Assembly (NCBI GenBank): GCA_004764695.1
Contig: SMSO01000025.1
Coordinates: forward strand, 1,240,001-1,304,000
Source: Schizochytrium sp. TIO01
Taxonomy: Eukaryota > Protista > Bigyra: Labyrinthulomycetes
Length of the DNA: 64,000 nucleotides
Direction: 5' to 3'
The notes below the pieces were generated by a model. It had not been told where the DNA came from. It did not search any database and worked only from the letters and a program-made list of their open reading frames with translations. This document shows, one piece after another, positions 22,252 through 35,302 of the stretch. Made by a program: the position numbers and the translations under genes. Position 1 is the first letter of the stretch. Every line of letters begins with the position of its first letter.

Positions 22252-25200
22252 CGCGCAAATCTCTAACGCGAAGAACGGCGTCAGTGCACCTTATGACAGT
22301 AGACGGTCTGTCGTTTCTCGAAACACCAGAAAACTGCGAGACGGCCTGCATTTTATGCGTACATTTGCTTGTTCATCCGGCATGGCGGAAATTACGAGTG
22401 ATCAGCAAATGTCGAGCTGCATGGCCAAGAGCGAAACTCTGGATCCCGCGCCGTGCCCAGCCTTGCTTGGTTGGCGCCATGGCTCATGAAGCGCATCCAA
22501 GCACAGCTTATGCTCCAAGCGGCCATGAATTCTGTCCATGGAATTGGCCTGCATAATCCGGCTGGCTGGCTATAGGTAGGAGTCGCTAGGAAGCGCCTAC
22601 CCTATAGAGCAGAATCCTCGCTGGCTAATGGTCAGCGCCATCGCACATGTTCACCTTTCAGCTCCGTGCCAGAATCGCTCGACTCCGGCACCAGCGATGG
22701 GCCTTCGCTGCCCCACTGGCGATAAGCCGCACGGGTTTCACGATCAGTGGAGGTGGCACCTGCGAGGTTCTCAGCAGCAGCAGCGAGTTGAACTATGGTG
22801 GCGGCGTCAATAAAGGATCCTCTTGGACCCATGACTACAACTTCTTTTTATACAATCTCCTCGTCAAGCCAGGTACGCTAAGAGTCAGTATGCAACTGCT
22901 ACGCGGAACATTGGAGTGTGCATGGTCTCGCTCTCTCGCTGGCTAGCGCGGCTCTCCTTCTTCTCTGAAGTATTTGCTGACAGCGACAAAGTTCGGGCTC
23001 CTCGAAGTTGGGCTGGCTGGATGGCTGGCTGGATGGATGGCACGATGCGTAGCTGGCTGGACAGTTGGCCGCGCGAAGCTCCCTGGCACGGGCCATTCCT
23101 TCGCAAAGCCTTAGGTCTTGGCGAAGTCAGAGAATACGAGGTACCTATTCTTTTCCTTCGCTTTCCAGTATTTATTTCGGGTTTTCTTTTGAAGTTTTTC
23201 CAGCATTACAGGCTTTCATTAGAAAATTCCGCGAAGGGCCATCTTTTCTGGGCGATTCCTCTCTCCTCGAACGGCTGCAAACTAGGATGCCTCGAGGTTC
23301 GCCTGTACGGCGGGCGTCGCAGAAAAGAGCTCGAAGGATCGACGCTTGAGGCCGCTGCAAGAAGCAATCCTGCCTTCGAAAAGATCCACGCGGCAGCAGC
23401 AGTAAGCAGTTCAGGTCCCGACCTCCTCTCTGGTTGCGCTACTCTTTCACCACCGTCGCTCCGTGACTCGTTATTCTTCATATTAGCAACTCTTGGTTTT
23501 CTTTCGTTTTCTTTTGTTTCGTTTCGTTTCGTTTCGTGTTGTCAGCGCATGAGTGACACCAACTGTCTGTTAGCAACGCTATTGGGTGCCTAGGTACTAC
23601 CTAGGCATTGAAGAAAACGAAGAATTGCTACGCCTTGAAATGATGAAGCCTTGAAAACTCTCGTGGTGGCAAAGGAAAGGAAAGGGAAGGAGAGTCAAGC
23701 TCGCTAGTTTCTGCCTGAGCAATATCTTCTTTCAACTTGGACGCAAACCAGCAAAGCAACGAAGCCCACAAATAAACAAGTTGAACCTGAACCTCAGCTA
23801 TGCCACCGGTCGCAAGCTTCTTCAGTTCACGCTACTTCAAAAAACGAATGTATCATCAGCCTTCAGTCCATAAATCAGGCGCTGGCCTGGAGAACCCATT
23901 GCCATTAAGCTTCTAAAACCGAGGCGATTCGGGCTCTCGCCACTCGCACGAGTGGCGTTGAGCTTCCGAGTTCTTCTTCGCAGTCGAGGCAAGGCGAGTT
24001 CACAGCCCGTGACCGTCTCCAGACGGAAACAAGCCCACCTCTGAGGTCGCCGCTGCTGCGAAAGCCTTTCCTCTCGAACGCCGTCGAGCGTGATAGAGCT
24101 GAGAGTGAACTCGCTGATTATGGTGCGAATCCAACTCTTTCTGCTCATGGGCCCATTTTCAAGCAGCTTAGATGCCTATTCTCAAGTTTTTATACGCCGT
24201 TTGCCATCAATGCTCTTATCTATCTATCTACATCTATCGCAAACGAGCGCGTGCCCAATGGTGCTAGTCGGCCTGAAAGCCCGCAAACTAGCAACGCCCG
24301 AGCTAGACGGGCCTCTGCGGAGAGGGAAGGAATCCACCCCGCTCCGGCCTCAACTCCCTCGAGCCTCCGGGCCTCCTCTCGACGCGACGCAAGGCAGCGC
24401 ATGGGTGCCGAGGACGCAGCAGCCGCGGGCGGCGGACTCTCCGCTATCGACTCGAAATCGCGGTGATGAGATCGAGCGCCGCTCTTTATTTTCAAGATTA
24501 AGAGTGGGCTGCAGAAAGAGAGAAGACAGCGCGATCTTCGAGACACGCGCTGGGTCCCGTAAGCTGCGCACGTGCAGAACGTGAGAGAAAGTTGTTTCCG
24601 CCTTTACTCAGAGAAGTTCTTTCCTGTGAGTGCTAGAAAGATTTTATTTTATTTTTTTAATAAAGGCTTTTCATTTTAAAATAATGTTTTTAATTCTAAT
24701 ATTTAGTATATATATATTTAAGGTATAAGAAGTATTGAAACAGTGAAGGCTGCGTAAATTAGCGTAAACGATTTCGATTAGGCGCTCAACCGCATAGGTT
24801 TTTAGCGCTGCAGGCAACTGAAAGAGCAAAGTACCTCTCATATGCAGAAGAAAAGCGATGCAGACCTTAGAGAGCAAGCAGGTCGCCTCGCTATTTTCTC
24901 TTTTGATGCGTGACATAGGACTTCTGGCCATTAAAATTAAAATTAAAAAGAAAAGAAGAAAGGAAAAGAAGAAAAGAAAAGAAATTCTGTTCATTCTTAC
25001 AAACCAAGATGGCTCCCCAAGGGTGTCATGGTAGTAGGTACCTAACTGGGTACTAGTCAGAGCAAAAGAAAGAAAGAGCAAAAGGAAAGAAAGAAAGAAG
25101 AGCGAAAGAAACACGTCGCACATTAATGTCTGCCCCACTTCGCAGACGGTCTGCGCCTACTTCACTGCATTATTTCGCAGCCTCGCTACCATTCCATCCA

Positions 25201-28200
25201 TCCCTTCATCCATCCATCGATGCAACGCAATCCTCCGGTGAATCAATTCTGGGTCCATGCTTACGGTCGATCAGCACAAGCCGACCCAGGCAGCCAAGGC
25301 GGCTTCAAGAGACCAAATAAGCCAGGTGAGCTGCTGCTCATCAGCGCCAGCCTGAGATAGAGATAGTGAAGATAGTGATGGAGACAAAGACAAAGCTCTC
25401 CTTCTCTCCCTGCTTCAAGAAGCCACCGCGAGGACCAACACCTTGGCTCGCTCGACCCTTTCGCAAAGCCCAGAGCAAGTCACGCTGCCGTTTGATTGCA
25501 GCAGAGGCGCCGCAAGTTTCTGTGATCGGTGCGGGTGCGTATGGCACTCCAACCAGCCTGTCTTGCAGCCATGTAAATCAGCGGCGCAACTCTTGTGCAC
25601 CACGGGCTCGAAAAGGGTAGTGGAAACGTCGAGGACGCTTGCGCTGTCCTCCACCAAGTTCCTGCAAAGCCCTGGGTCGATGGATGTCAAGGATCGCGGT
25701 GCCCCAGCTCGCGCAAGCTAAAGAAGCAGGGTTGAAACCGATCGCGCAAGCCTTGAAAGCGGTCCCGGAAGACGCCGCCGTGCTTGTGCACGTAGCTATC
25801 CATCCTGCTCAAGTGAAGTCAACGACCTGCGCTGATGCTGTCTGCCATGTTTACCCATTCCCGCGTCTCCCTCATGCCAAAGACGGTCAAGGCAATGCCA
25901 ACAAGACACTTGGGCTAGAACTAACTCGATATTGTGGCATGCACAGTGCGCATCCAACTTCTTTCTTCAAGCTGGTCTTGGGATCGTGAGGGGTTGGTTG
26001 TTTAGCTATCTATCTATGCATATATCTATCTGTGTGCATGAGTCAATCAGGCAAAGGGCGTGGGCACGTTTTTGGAGGCTTCGAGACGTGTGCAATATAT
26101 AGTATAGAAGTAACAGGCAGTCTGGCCAAAAGTCATCATAAAAACAAAGCAGGCGCGGCAGGAACCTCGAAGGCTTTTTACATCGCACAATTCAACTTAC
26201 TTGCATCATTGTTGGCTCGTACATCGCAAGTGCCTTTCTCGTCTATTGCCTTCTCTGAGCTTCCTGCGGATCCTTCTTAATTCTCGCTCTTATTATTTTA
26301 TTTTCAAGCCATCATAGATTTTTTATAATTTTTTCAATTAGTTTTAAATTAATTTTTAAAATTAATTTTATAATTTAAAATTACAAAAGCAAGAAAAAAG
26401 AATTTGCGGATCGAAGCAATGGTAAGCCATTGCATGGTGCTCCTTCTTTTAGCTGTAAGCTGGCTAAAAACCTGCTCATAAGCTGCACAGATCAGCCCCT
26501 AGCTTCGCACAAGTGAGATCCTAGGATTGATATTGTCCTCTCGATTCTATTCTTTTTCTCTTTTTTTAAAAGGAGTGCTCATAAGTTTTCTCGATTAGTT
26601 TCTTTATCTCTCATCTACTTCCAAAGCGCGTCATCAGTGCACTATTTCCCCATTCACTCTGCCAGGCAACGGATGATCCGTCACAGTACGCAACAAACAG
26701 ACAAGCTATCGCGAAGTTGGCCATGCAGACGGAGCGCCTCTTCGTCTCTAGTCTTCTTGACGCAACGCCGTGTCGAGCTTCTCCTGGAGAACGCCGCAAG
26801 TCAGCTTTCTGAAACCTACCTACCTGAATATCAATCAAAAGGCCTTCTCTTTTTTCTTTTCTTTTCTATAGTTATCCTAAAAACTAAAAACACTATTTTA
26901 CTAAATAAATAAAAACTAAAATTAAAAGAGAAGACAGCGTGAGATTCCAAGAAAACACACTTTGGCTCCAGTTATACAGACAAACTAATTGTTTTTTCAT
27001 TCTCTCAGAGACTGCTTCTTTTTCCGCTTAGTAGCAAACCCCTATCTGGCTATACTGCCGATAGTAGTAAGACCCAGTCCCTCTTTTGTAATGCATACTT
27101 ACTGTTTCTTTGCTAAGTTAGAGTCGATACGTACTCATAGAACTGATATATGATGTGAAACAAAGTTAGACAGAAAAGAAAGCGGGAAAGAAGGAGTTAC
27201 TGGGTAGGCTGGGCTTAGCATTAATGTTAGGACCTAGTAGTCCTTTTGAAGGAATGGAAATGGCGCAACGAAGCAAGCAAGCGAGGAGGAGGACCGCCAC
27301 CTTTAATGTGCGAGGTTCCGGCCGCTCTCCGCGAACTGTGAAAGGGCGCACTGCCAGACCTACGTGTGAGCGCACACAAGGACGACGACTTGTTCTCCGC
27401 AAAGTGCTGCGAGATACAGCCAGGGACAACAAAGCTTCACATGAGCGTAAAACGAACTTTTCAGAGGTGAACTTGGTACTTCTTTCGTTTCGCCTTGGTG
27501 CTCCTGCTGGTTCATCCTTGGCGACAACAGCGTCTCCCCTTGACTCGATGCCTTTCTTGATACACAACAGAAGTCATCTTGGCTGGGAGAAGTAGTTAGT
27601 TATCTCCACTTTGACTGTACTTAATTCCCCATCGAGTTGAGTCGTTGGTTGGGTCCCCACATAATCTGACCGTTTTTCTTCCCCAGAGGTAATTGTGGAC
27701 GAGATTGAGATTAACCAGTGCAGCATCGATGCTACACTGCCTGGGAGCCTTTATCATTGTACGTAAAGCACTAGCGATCCACTTTTAGAAAAGAAGGGGA
27801 AAAAAAAGCGCGATGGATGGTTGGCAAGGTGGGGCCCCAGTCAACGGAAGAGGAAAGAAACACACGTACACAACTAGCCAGGTATAGGCGGACAAAGGCG
27901 ATGCTGTATCGAATATCTTTTTTATCTTGAGGAAGAGAGCAAGTTGATTCTTTGACTTGAATGAGGAGCGAAGGTCATTCATTGCAAAGGACTGGCTGGA
28001 TAATTTTGATACTCACTCTTTTTTTTTTTTAAATAAACCTATAGCTAGTTATGAGCTGTTGCGTCCAAGTTATTTCTGCTCAACGTTGAAAACACAAACG
28101 AATAGTGCTCATTCCGGAAACCTTCCTGTTGTCTTGTATTGCATTTCCCCGGTCCTATTTACTGGAAAAATGAATATGATGATTGACATTTTCTGGAGGA

Positions 28201-31200
28201 TAGGAGGACTCTGGTCTTACTTGTTTGTGAGCATTAGGTAAAATAAGTTCAGCATGTGTGATCGATCTGCATGGATGGAATGATGAATTATAGTATGGCA
28301 TGAACACCTGGAGTAAGTGTACAAGCTATTTCCTCACGAAACAGTTTACGGAAAAGCCGCTACATTGTCACAAGAGGGATAACTCAAGAAATGAGCTTTC
28401 TATTCTGATGGAAAGCCATGGTTGCAAACTTTAACCTAATACAGCTCATCTAAGTCGGTAGGCAAAGGATTTCATGTAAAGCTCTTCAATCTATGTACCT
28501 TCTATTTCATCTTTCCTTCCATTCTTCGTTGCAACTGGTTTGATCATAACAATAATTTGAGGGTACCTTGTAGCACTGGCTAACAGAAACTGTTATAGAC
28601 AACAGTGGCGCGAGTCTGAGATTGAGTATATCTGACCAAGAATGTTGAGTGCTCATCGAAACTGCGGGCCTCTCCTCTCAATCGCGCTTTGAACATAGTT
28701 TCCGACCAAGTTAAAGGACTTTAGGAACTCTGCCTGTCAAAGAAACCGAGTAATACTAGTACTTGATACCTCACTTGCCATACCTTCTGTCTTCTGTTGG
28801 CGCTATCGTCTTCATAGCTTTGACTGTTTACGATGGGAACTGAAGCATGATTTAAAAAAAGAAAAGAAAAAAAGAACAACGTTCGATGATATATATTGTG
28901 ATACAGCACACCTCAATTCAATCTGTGAGGAACGCGATTTAGTCGTAAAAAATTACCGTGCGAATAAACTTGCATGAGTTTATGCTGAAATCCAAACATG
29001 TGAAGGTGTTCAAATTGGCTACTAAGTTGAAACATGAATACACATATATATAGAGAGTGAAATCACAACTAACGTTTGATAACCAGTCTGGACGTAGACC
29101 CCTGCACGCGGTTCGTGGCTTCCATACCAAGATTATGGTTGTGAACGTCATACCAACGCTGCATAAGACTTTGAAGGCAGTAAATCATGGTTTTCCAAAC
29201 ATAGAAGAAGCAGATGAGATCATCAATCGAAGGGTAATGAGGGCAATTTCTTACCAGAGTCCTTAGCACAATAAACATTTAGAACTATTTTATGGTAAGA
29301 AGTAGAGACTCACAGATACAAAAGTAAGAACAAGTAGACTCAAGAGATAAAACTACACTTAAATACAAAGGACAAAAACAGATTCAATAGTTGAGAAAAC
29401 AAGTCAGTCTAAGCTCTTCAGCTCTAGATCAGGCCCGTCTTAGTTTCCAAATTATAACATGAAACAGTCCAGTTTTGTTTTGTCTCCAAGATCAAGACAC
29501 TGCTAACTTTGAAAGACTAAGATTACAATGTCTTTTAAAGTCTCTATCATACTTCCCAATCCACCCGCCTTCGCCTACCAGACAATGCGTGGATGACCAG
29601 GTATAAGCTTTACGTAGCAAATATACTTGTTTGTTTTGACAACACTGTATTTCAATTGTTGAGATTAACTTCAACTGCACATTATTGTAAAGCTTTTTGG
29701 TTGATTGACTGGGTTTTACTAATTGCTCTCAGATTGGATAATTAAGATTCCGCCAAGCTAGGATACGTCAGGATCTCCCTCGGATTCAGATGGAATTTTT
29801 GAAGATATATTATGTTAAAGACAAAGTAATGAATGATATCCTTGCGAGGTCAATGAGACTTACGAACCTCGCATCAATACTGGGCATGTTAAGGTGGCTC
29901 GGTGTAAGTGCTAGGATCTCTAGTCGAAGGAACCAGTTGATAAAACATCTCCAGAGCTATAGGCGTTCCATTGTAAGACCTCAAGGACATAGGAATAGAA
30001 CTAGACCATCGCACCTGAGTGGTTGAGACCCATGAGCCAAACGTACACGTACACGTTCGGCGGAATTCAGTGTGAAAGGATCTGAATTGCTGGTGGTAGA
30101 GATGAGTTAAACTAACCTCGCCAATTATTTGTAGCACAAACCAAGTATGTTTTGGTCCATATAATAATGTCATCAGTCTGCCTTGTAATCAATCCAATTC
30201 CAAAGGCAGATCGCTAATTCCAACATGTCTTCATCAAGCATCTTGCATACATCTTCATAGTCAAATTCAAGCTTACCAAATGTATCTTTCAGCAATAAGG
30301 AATATGATCGATCGTCCTAGGGAGTTGGTATTTACTACACTGCCACTTTTTATACGTGTTGATCTGGACTCTTTTCTGCGTGTATTTCATAGGTCGATAC
30401 GCGCTTGTTTATGCAATGGCTCTTGCGGTTGCTGACACTTTTCTTTACTTGCTACAAGTAGAGAACCTGAGGATGGATATTAGGCATTTAATATCAGCTC
30501 TTGGGCAAGGCTTCGTTTTTTTAAGAAACACGAGATTTGGTAAGTCTTCTAATAAAAACATTTGAAAATTCTACTATTTTCTTCAGAAATAACATTGCCT
30601 AGAAATCATTTCACTTCGAGTTTTAGTGCGAGTTATAACTCAGCTCGAGGGTATAATTGCAATGCATATGCTTCTAGTGAGTGAGTGGAACAGCAACGCT
30701 TTCGAACGATTATACGATGTCTTGTCCCTCTATGTTGTCTGTCTTGAGTTCAAGAAGAACCAATGTAAACAGAATATGATGAGGCGGGCTCTTTAAATGC
30801 GGCTCGGTTGCAATGGATTGCTCAAGTGTTTTTCTTCTAAAGTCTCACTATGCCCCTGGTGCATAGCTCCTCCTAGATCATAACCAGATTATGAAATATT
30901 TTTATGTTTTTTTCTCTGTACGTCATGGAATCAGCGTTGTTTGTTTCTTTCATTCTTCATTTCCAATATCGGGCTGCTGATTAGCGTCTTTGTGCCCAAT
31001 TTTTGTCTTTATCCAAAAAGCAAGGCGCTAAGGATGAGATAAAATTGCAACGGGTTGACGTAAAACAACGGCTTTTAAGAGACGGCAAATTGTCTTCGGC
31101 AAGGCAAGGAGTTGCAGCTAATGATCTGATTTTCAATATAAAATGCAACACAAAGCTTGATTCGAATTATTCTGCGAAAGCGAAAGACTTGAGTGTAATT

Positions 31201-33441
31201 TACGACATCACAAGAGGTTTTGTATGTATGCAGATAATTTAGCAGAAAACTTGGTTTGTCTACTTGTATACTGTCAGTTTCTTATAAACTTCATCAAGCT
31301 TCTATTTCTAGATTTTTCGAATTTCTTTCAAAATTCTTTGCTTGTTTAAAGTACACATGAGCGTCCGTCGATGTTCAAAAGGTACCGCCAATGAGTTTCG
31401 TTAGATTGTGTGCAAAAATGTTGAAAGCCAATTTAAAGTTTGACTGGGAAAATGAAACTTAGGATCTTGGAAAGCATGACAAGGCCTTAGAAGGCATTTT
31501 ACATATAGGCTTATAGAGCTAAAAATGGACTGACTCTGGAAGGAACACCCGAGTGGACTATTTGTAATTTCATTAGGAAACTAAAACATATAATAATACA
31601 ACACTCAAGGGTCAGGTTAACTGGTTACCTTAAAGCTTTAACCTTATATATTATATTAAAGTGTACTTTTATTTCTTGATTTTCCTTGATCTTTCATCAT
31701 TGTACCTGATGGTCAAGGTTTTGTCACAACATTTAGCTTTGTATTAGTGCGCTGATAGTTCTGATAATGTCTTGTCTAGGTACAAAGGGACTAGGGTCAG
31801 CTATAGATTGACAGGCGGAAGGCTTGAGACTATGGCTCAGTCAATTTTGAGTTTAAGCGTTAACAATATACTGCCCTTATAATCAAGACTAAGCCTTGCA
31901 ATATCTAGGACAAGAGACTTGATGTAAGGTGGCTCAAGTTATTTTGCATGTTGATAAATATGATTAAAAACTATCTAAGTATTTGTTTTACACATACTTG
32001 AAGAGAACTGGGTTAAATCACTTTAGTAATATTTAATTTTGATTTCATGCTTATTCTGAAAAGCTTGTATATATATGCACTTGTGTTTGTTGCAGGCCTT
32101 GTCCTTTCAACTGTGAACCCGGCTTTCTAGTCCTAATCATACACGCACTGAATTTCTATTTGGACTTACAATGGCACGCGCAAAGAACTATATTAGTGCC
32201 TTGTCCACATATTTCTTTAATTAAGATTTCAGCGAATACTTTGATTGTCGATCTGAATGATGTGCTAAAGCGAAAATAAAGAATCTGATGTTAGTCAATG
32301 TAATGAAAGTATTGATGTGAACAATTGTTTGGTTAGGCTTTTCGGAACTACAAGGTTTCCCACAGAATAAGTGTGACTAAACGTTTTACACAGATCCATG
32401 TTGGGATATGGCTGTTTCAATGTCGTGGTAACATCGTAGTATCAAGTACTGCTGAAAGGTGATACTGATTAGCGTGAGGTTGACTGTAAAGATGAAGGCA
32501 AGAAGCTTGATGAAGGTTACAAGAAGGTTAATTTAAGTGTTAGCGAACTGCTGTCCTGAGGAATGAATTTCAGGACAGATGGATTCATGTAGTAATTAGG
32601 GAGATTAAGACATTCTTGAATGTGGTTCGAGATAATCGATGGGGTTAGGTTATCCAACCTTCTTCAACCATTGATCCAAGCTAAACCAAATTTGGGTGTC
32701 CGTGATGTGCATTCACACTTCTAGTTCTTGGCTTCAGCAGCCCCATGAGTCTGGCTGTCTATTCTTGTTCTAATGTAAACCTTTTCTCTATTGGGTTTTA
32801 CAAAGGGACACCAAGAACTCTAGCAATATCTTGTCCACTAGTTCCTTCGATTGGAGATCTCAGCAAGTACATAGTGGTACTTAATAACTTATCGTTCTGG
32901 TATAATTATTTAATCTTATTCTATTTACAGAATTACACAAGTTCATTCCCAAATAAGACGAGGATGCCAAAACTGAACTTGAAAGGTGCAGAGCCCATAG
33001 TTTTAGGCACTCACATACAGTCCCTCTGATGATCTGGCAATTCCTCTTCTTTACACCATTATCACTGGAATTGTTCTTTCCCTTTTCTTCTTTTGTTTTT
33101 CCGTACCAAGTTGGAAAAAAAAAAAAAGGTGTCCCATGAAATCATGGTTAATGTTGCAAAGGGTCAAAGGTGACTTTATGCACACCTGAGTTATTTCTGA
33201 GCCCAGAGAAAGCTGGCTGAAATCGAGAAACGAATCTTGGTTTTGGTAAAACAGCTACAAATTATTATATTCTACGGGGGTGTTACGAAACAAACTAAGC
33301 AAGTACCAGAAGAGAGAAGAGACGCGTGTGGGTTATTGCCACCAAAGCTTCTTTGGTTCCGAACTGAATGAAGCCATAGAGCTTTTTGTGGATTAACCTA
33401 TTTGTCGTCTCCAGTAAGGCAGAGAAAACATCATCAGAAAT

Positions 33442-33480
<39 letters not shown>
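33442..33480. repeat. (AGC)13 trinucleotide repeat, in the probable 3' UTR of the Na/Pi transporter
   Basis: 13 perfect units starting about 55 nt after the transporter stop codon on the minus strand. Confidence 0.95.
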
Positions 33481-33482
<2 letters not shown>

Positions 33483-33535
33483 TAAGAAAACTTGATGCGC
33501 GATAGAAACACCGCGGAACAAAGTGTTCTTGAAAC

Positions 33536-35302
33536 TTAGACCTGGGTGATGGCATCGCTGGCCGGGTTGAAGGAGGTGGCGTTGGTGTCCTTGAGGTTCT
33601 TGTTGCTGTCAGTGACCTCGACCTGAACCTTGCCGTCGTCGGAGTCAGAGAAGCTGGAGTTCTCGGCGTGGATGGCACCGGCCTTGGCGTCGTCCTCTTC
33701 GGTGTAGCCGAAGCGGCGCACAAGAGTCTCGCGGCCGTTGCGCTTGAAGTACCAGAAGAAGAATCCAAGGTGGGCAGCAACCACAACGATGAGACCAACG
33801 ATGCCACCGGCCATGCCACCCTTGCCCGCCTCAATGCCAAGGCTGACGCCGAGGACGGCACCCGGGTACACGAGGAAGAGCATGATGATGTAAAAGATGG
33901 GGAAAGACTTGTAAGTGGCAGCGAGGTCACCGAGGTTCTTGGCAGCGCGAATGGGAATGGCACGAATGAAAGGAACCGGGTAGAACATGACCACACCCAG
34001 AACGTTGAACATCACGTGCACCATGGCGAGCTGAAATCCAGTGGCACTGTCAGAAACGAGGGAAGCGAGAACTCCAGTGAGAGTTGTACCAATGTTAGCA
34101 CCAAGAGTGAGCGGGAGCATACCTTCCACGGAAAGGGCACCAATAGCCACGAGAGGAGTGAGCACGGAGGTGGTAATGGAAGAAGACTGGACAAACATGG
34201 TTACACCAGCTCCAACGATGATGGCAAGGTACCCGTTCATGTTCAATGCCTTACGAAGAGCCTCCTCAGCGGCGCCACGAATCGCAATTCCGAGAAGCTT
34301 GACCATGGCGAGAAGCGAGAGAATGAGGATCACAAGGGACATGACAAGAGCAATGATGCCACCCTCGCGCTGAAGCCCAGCCTGCTCAAAGACGCCAGCC
34401 TTGTTAATCTTGTAAGAGTTGAAGTGCTCGACAGCGGCAGTAAGAACTGTCTGGTTAGTAGAAATGACGCTGGTCGTGGTGTTGAACACGCAGTAGCTAA
34501 ACTCAGCCTTTGCCTTGGAGCTGCTATCACCGCACCATCCAGCAGATGCGAACTCGGACTCGGCACAGCGCTTCTGGTGAAAGACGTATGGAGTGCACTC
34601 ACCATCGTTGGAGGCGGCGTTGTTGCAGAGAACCTCGCGGCAGTAGTCGAGGGTGGGGCGGCCGGTGGCGAAGTCCTTGATAACATCCTTGTCGACGGTA
34701 ATGATCTTCTTGGAGATGGCCTCAGTGATAACCTTAAGAGGGCCTTCCCAGTCGTCGCAGTTGTCGCCAGAGCACTCCTGGAATCCTTTAGCCATGGCCT
34801 CAGTCATAAGGAAGAGGACACCACCGTTGCCGTGGTTGATGGCAGAGGAGATGAGCTCGACGGGAAGCCAGAAAACGACGTTCATGTAGTTGAACATATC
34901 GTGAACAGTGGCACCACTAAATGCGCGGCGGTACTGCTCGCGGTCACCAACGAAACCGACGGAGACCAAGGTGTTGGTGACGGAGGTACCGATGTTAGCA
35001 CCCATGACCATGGGAATGCCCTGGACAACGGGGAGAACACCGGCACCAGCCGCAGCGACAATAATCGAGGTGGTGGTGGAGGAGGACTGCACGAGCACGG
35101 TGGCGAGAATACCAACCATGAGGCCGGCAATAGGGTTGTTCACAGAGCCGAAGAGGGAGCCTGCGGAGTCACCGGCAATAATCTTGAAGGCATCACCGAG
35201 GAGGGAGAGACCCACGAGGAAAAAGTACAAGAAGAACAATACGCCGCAGAAGACGGCGAAGTTCTTCAGGACCAGCTTCCAGTCAACATTGCTGCAGTTC
35301 AT
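33536..35302 (-). CDS. Sodium-dependent phosphate cotransporter, SLC34/NaPi-II/NptA family
   Basis: Two QSSS repeats (VLVQSSSTTTSIIV, MFVQSSSITTSVL), two GANIGT motifs, YRRAFSGATVHDMFN and multiple TM helices. Codon bias is strong. Confidence 0.95.
   Translation of the reverse strand: MNCSNVDWKLVLKNFAVFCGVLFFLYFFLVGLSLLGDAFKIIAGDSAGSLFGSVNNPIAGLMVGILATVLVQSSSTTTSIIVAAAGAGVLPVVQGIPMVMGANIGTSVTNTLVSVGFVGDREQYRRAFSGATVHDMFNYMNVVFWLPVELISSAINHGNGGVLFLMTEAMAKGFQECSGDNCDDWEGPLKVITEAISKKIITVDKDVIKDFATGRPTLDYCREVLCNNAASNDGECTPYVFHQKRCAESEFASAGWCGDSSSKAKAEFSYCVFNTTTSVISTNQTVLTAAVEHFNSYKINKAGVFEQAGLQREGGIIALVMSLVILILSLLAMVKLLGIAIRGAAEEALRKALNMNGYLAIIVGAGVTMFVQSSSITTSVLTPLVAIGALSVEGMLPLTLGANIGTTLTGVLASLVSDSATGFQLAMVHVMFNVLGVVMFYPVPFIRAIPIRAAKNLGDLAATYKSFPIFYIIMLFLVYPGAVLGVSLGIEAGKGGMAGGIVGLIVVVAAHLGFFFWYFKRNGRETLVRRFGYTEEDDAKAGAIHAENSSFSDSDDGKVQVEVTDSNKNLKDTNATSFNPASDAITQV

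Noticed and set aside
17300-27600. Many 60-226 aa ORFs in the desert
   Set aside because: They translate simple repeats and GC-rich tracts, occur in all frames and show no family motifs.
32551-32578. 9-bp hairpin CTGTCCTGA...TCAGGACAG
   Set aside because: It is isolated, with no associated gene or RNA-family features.
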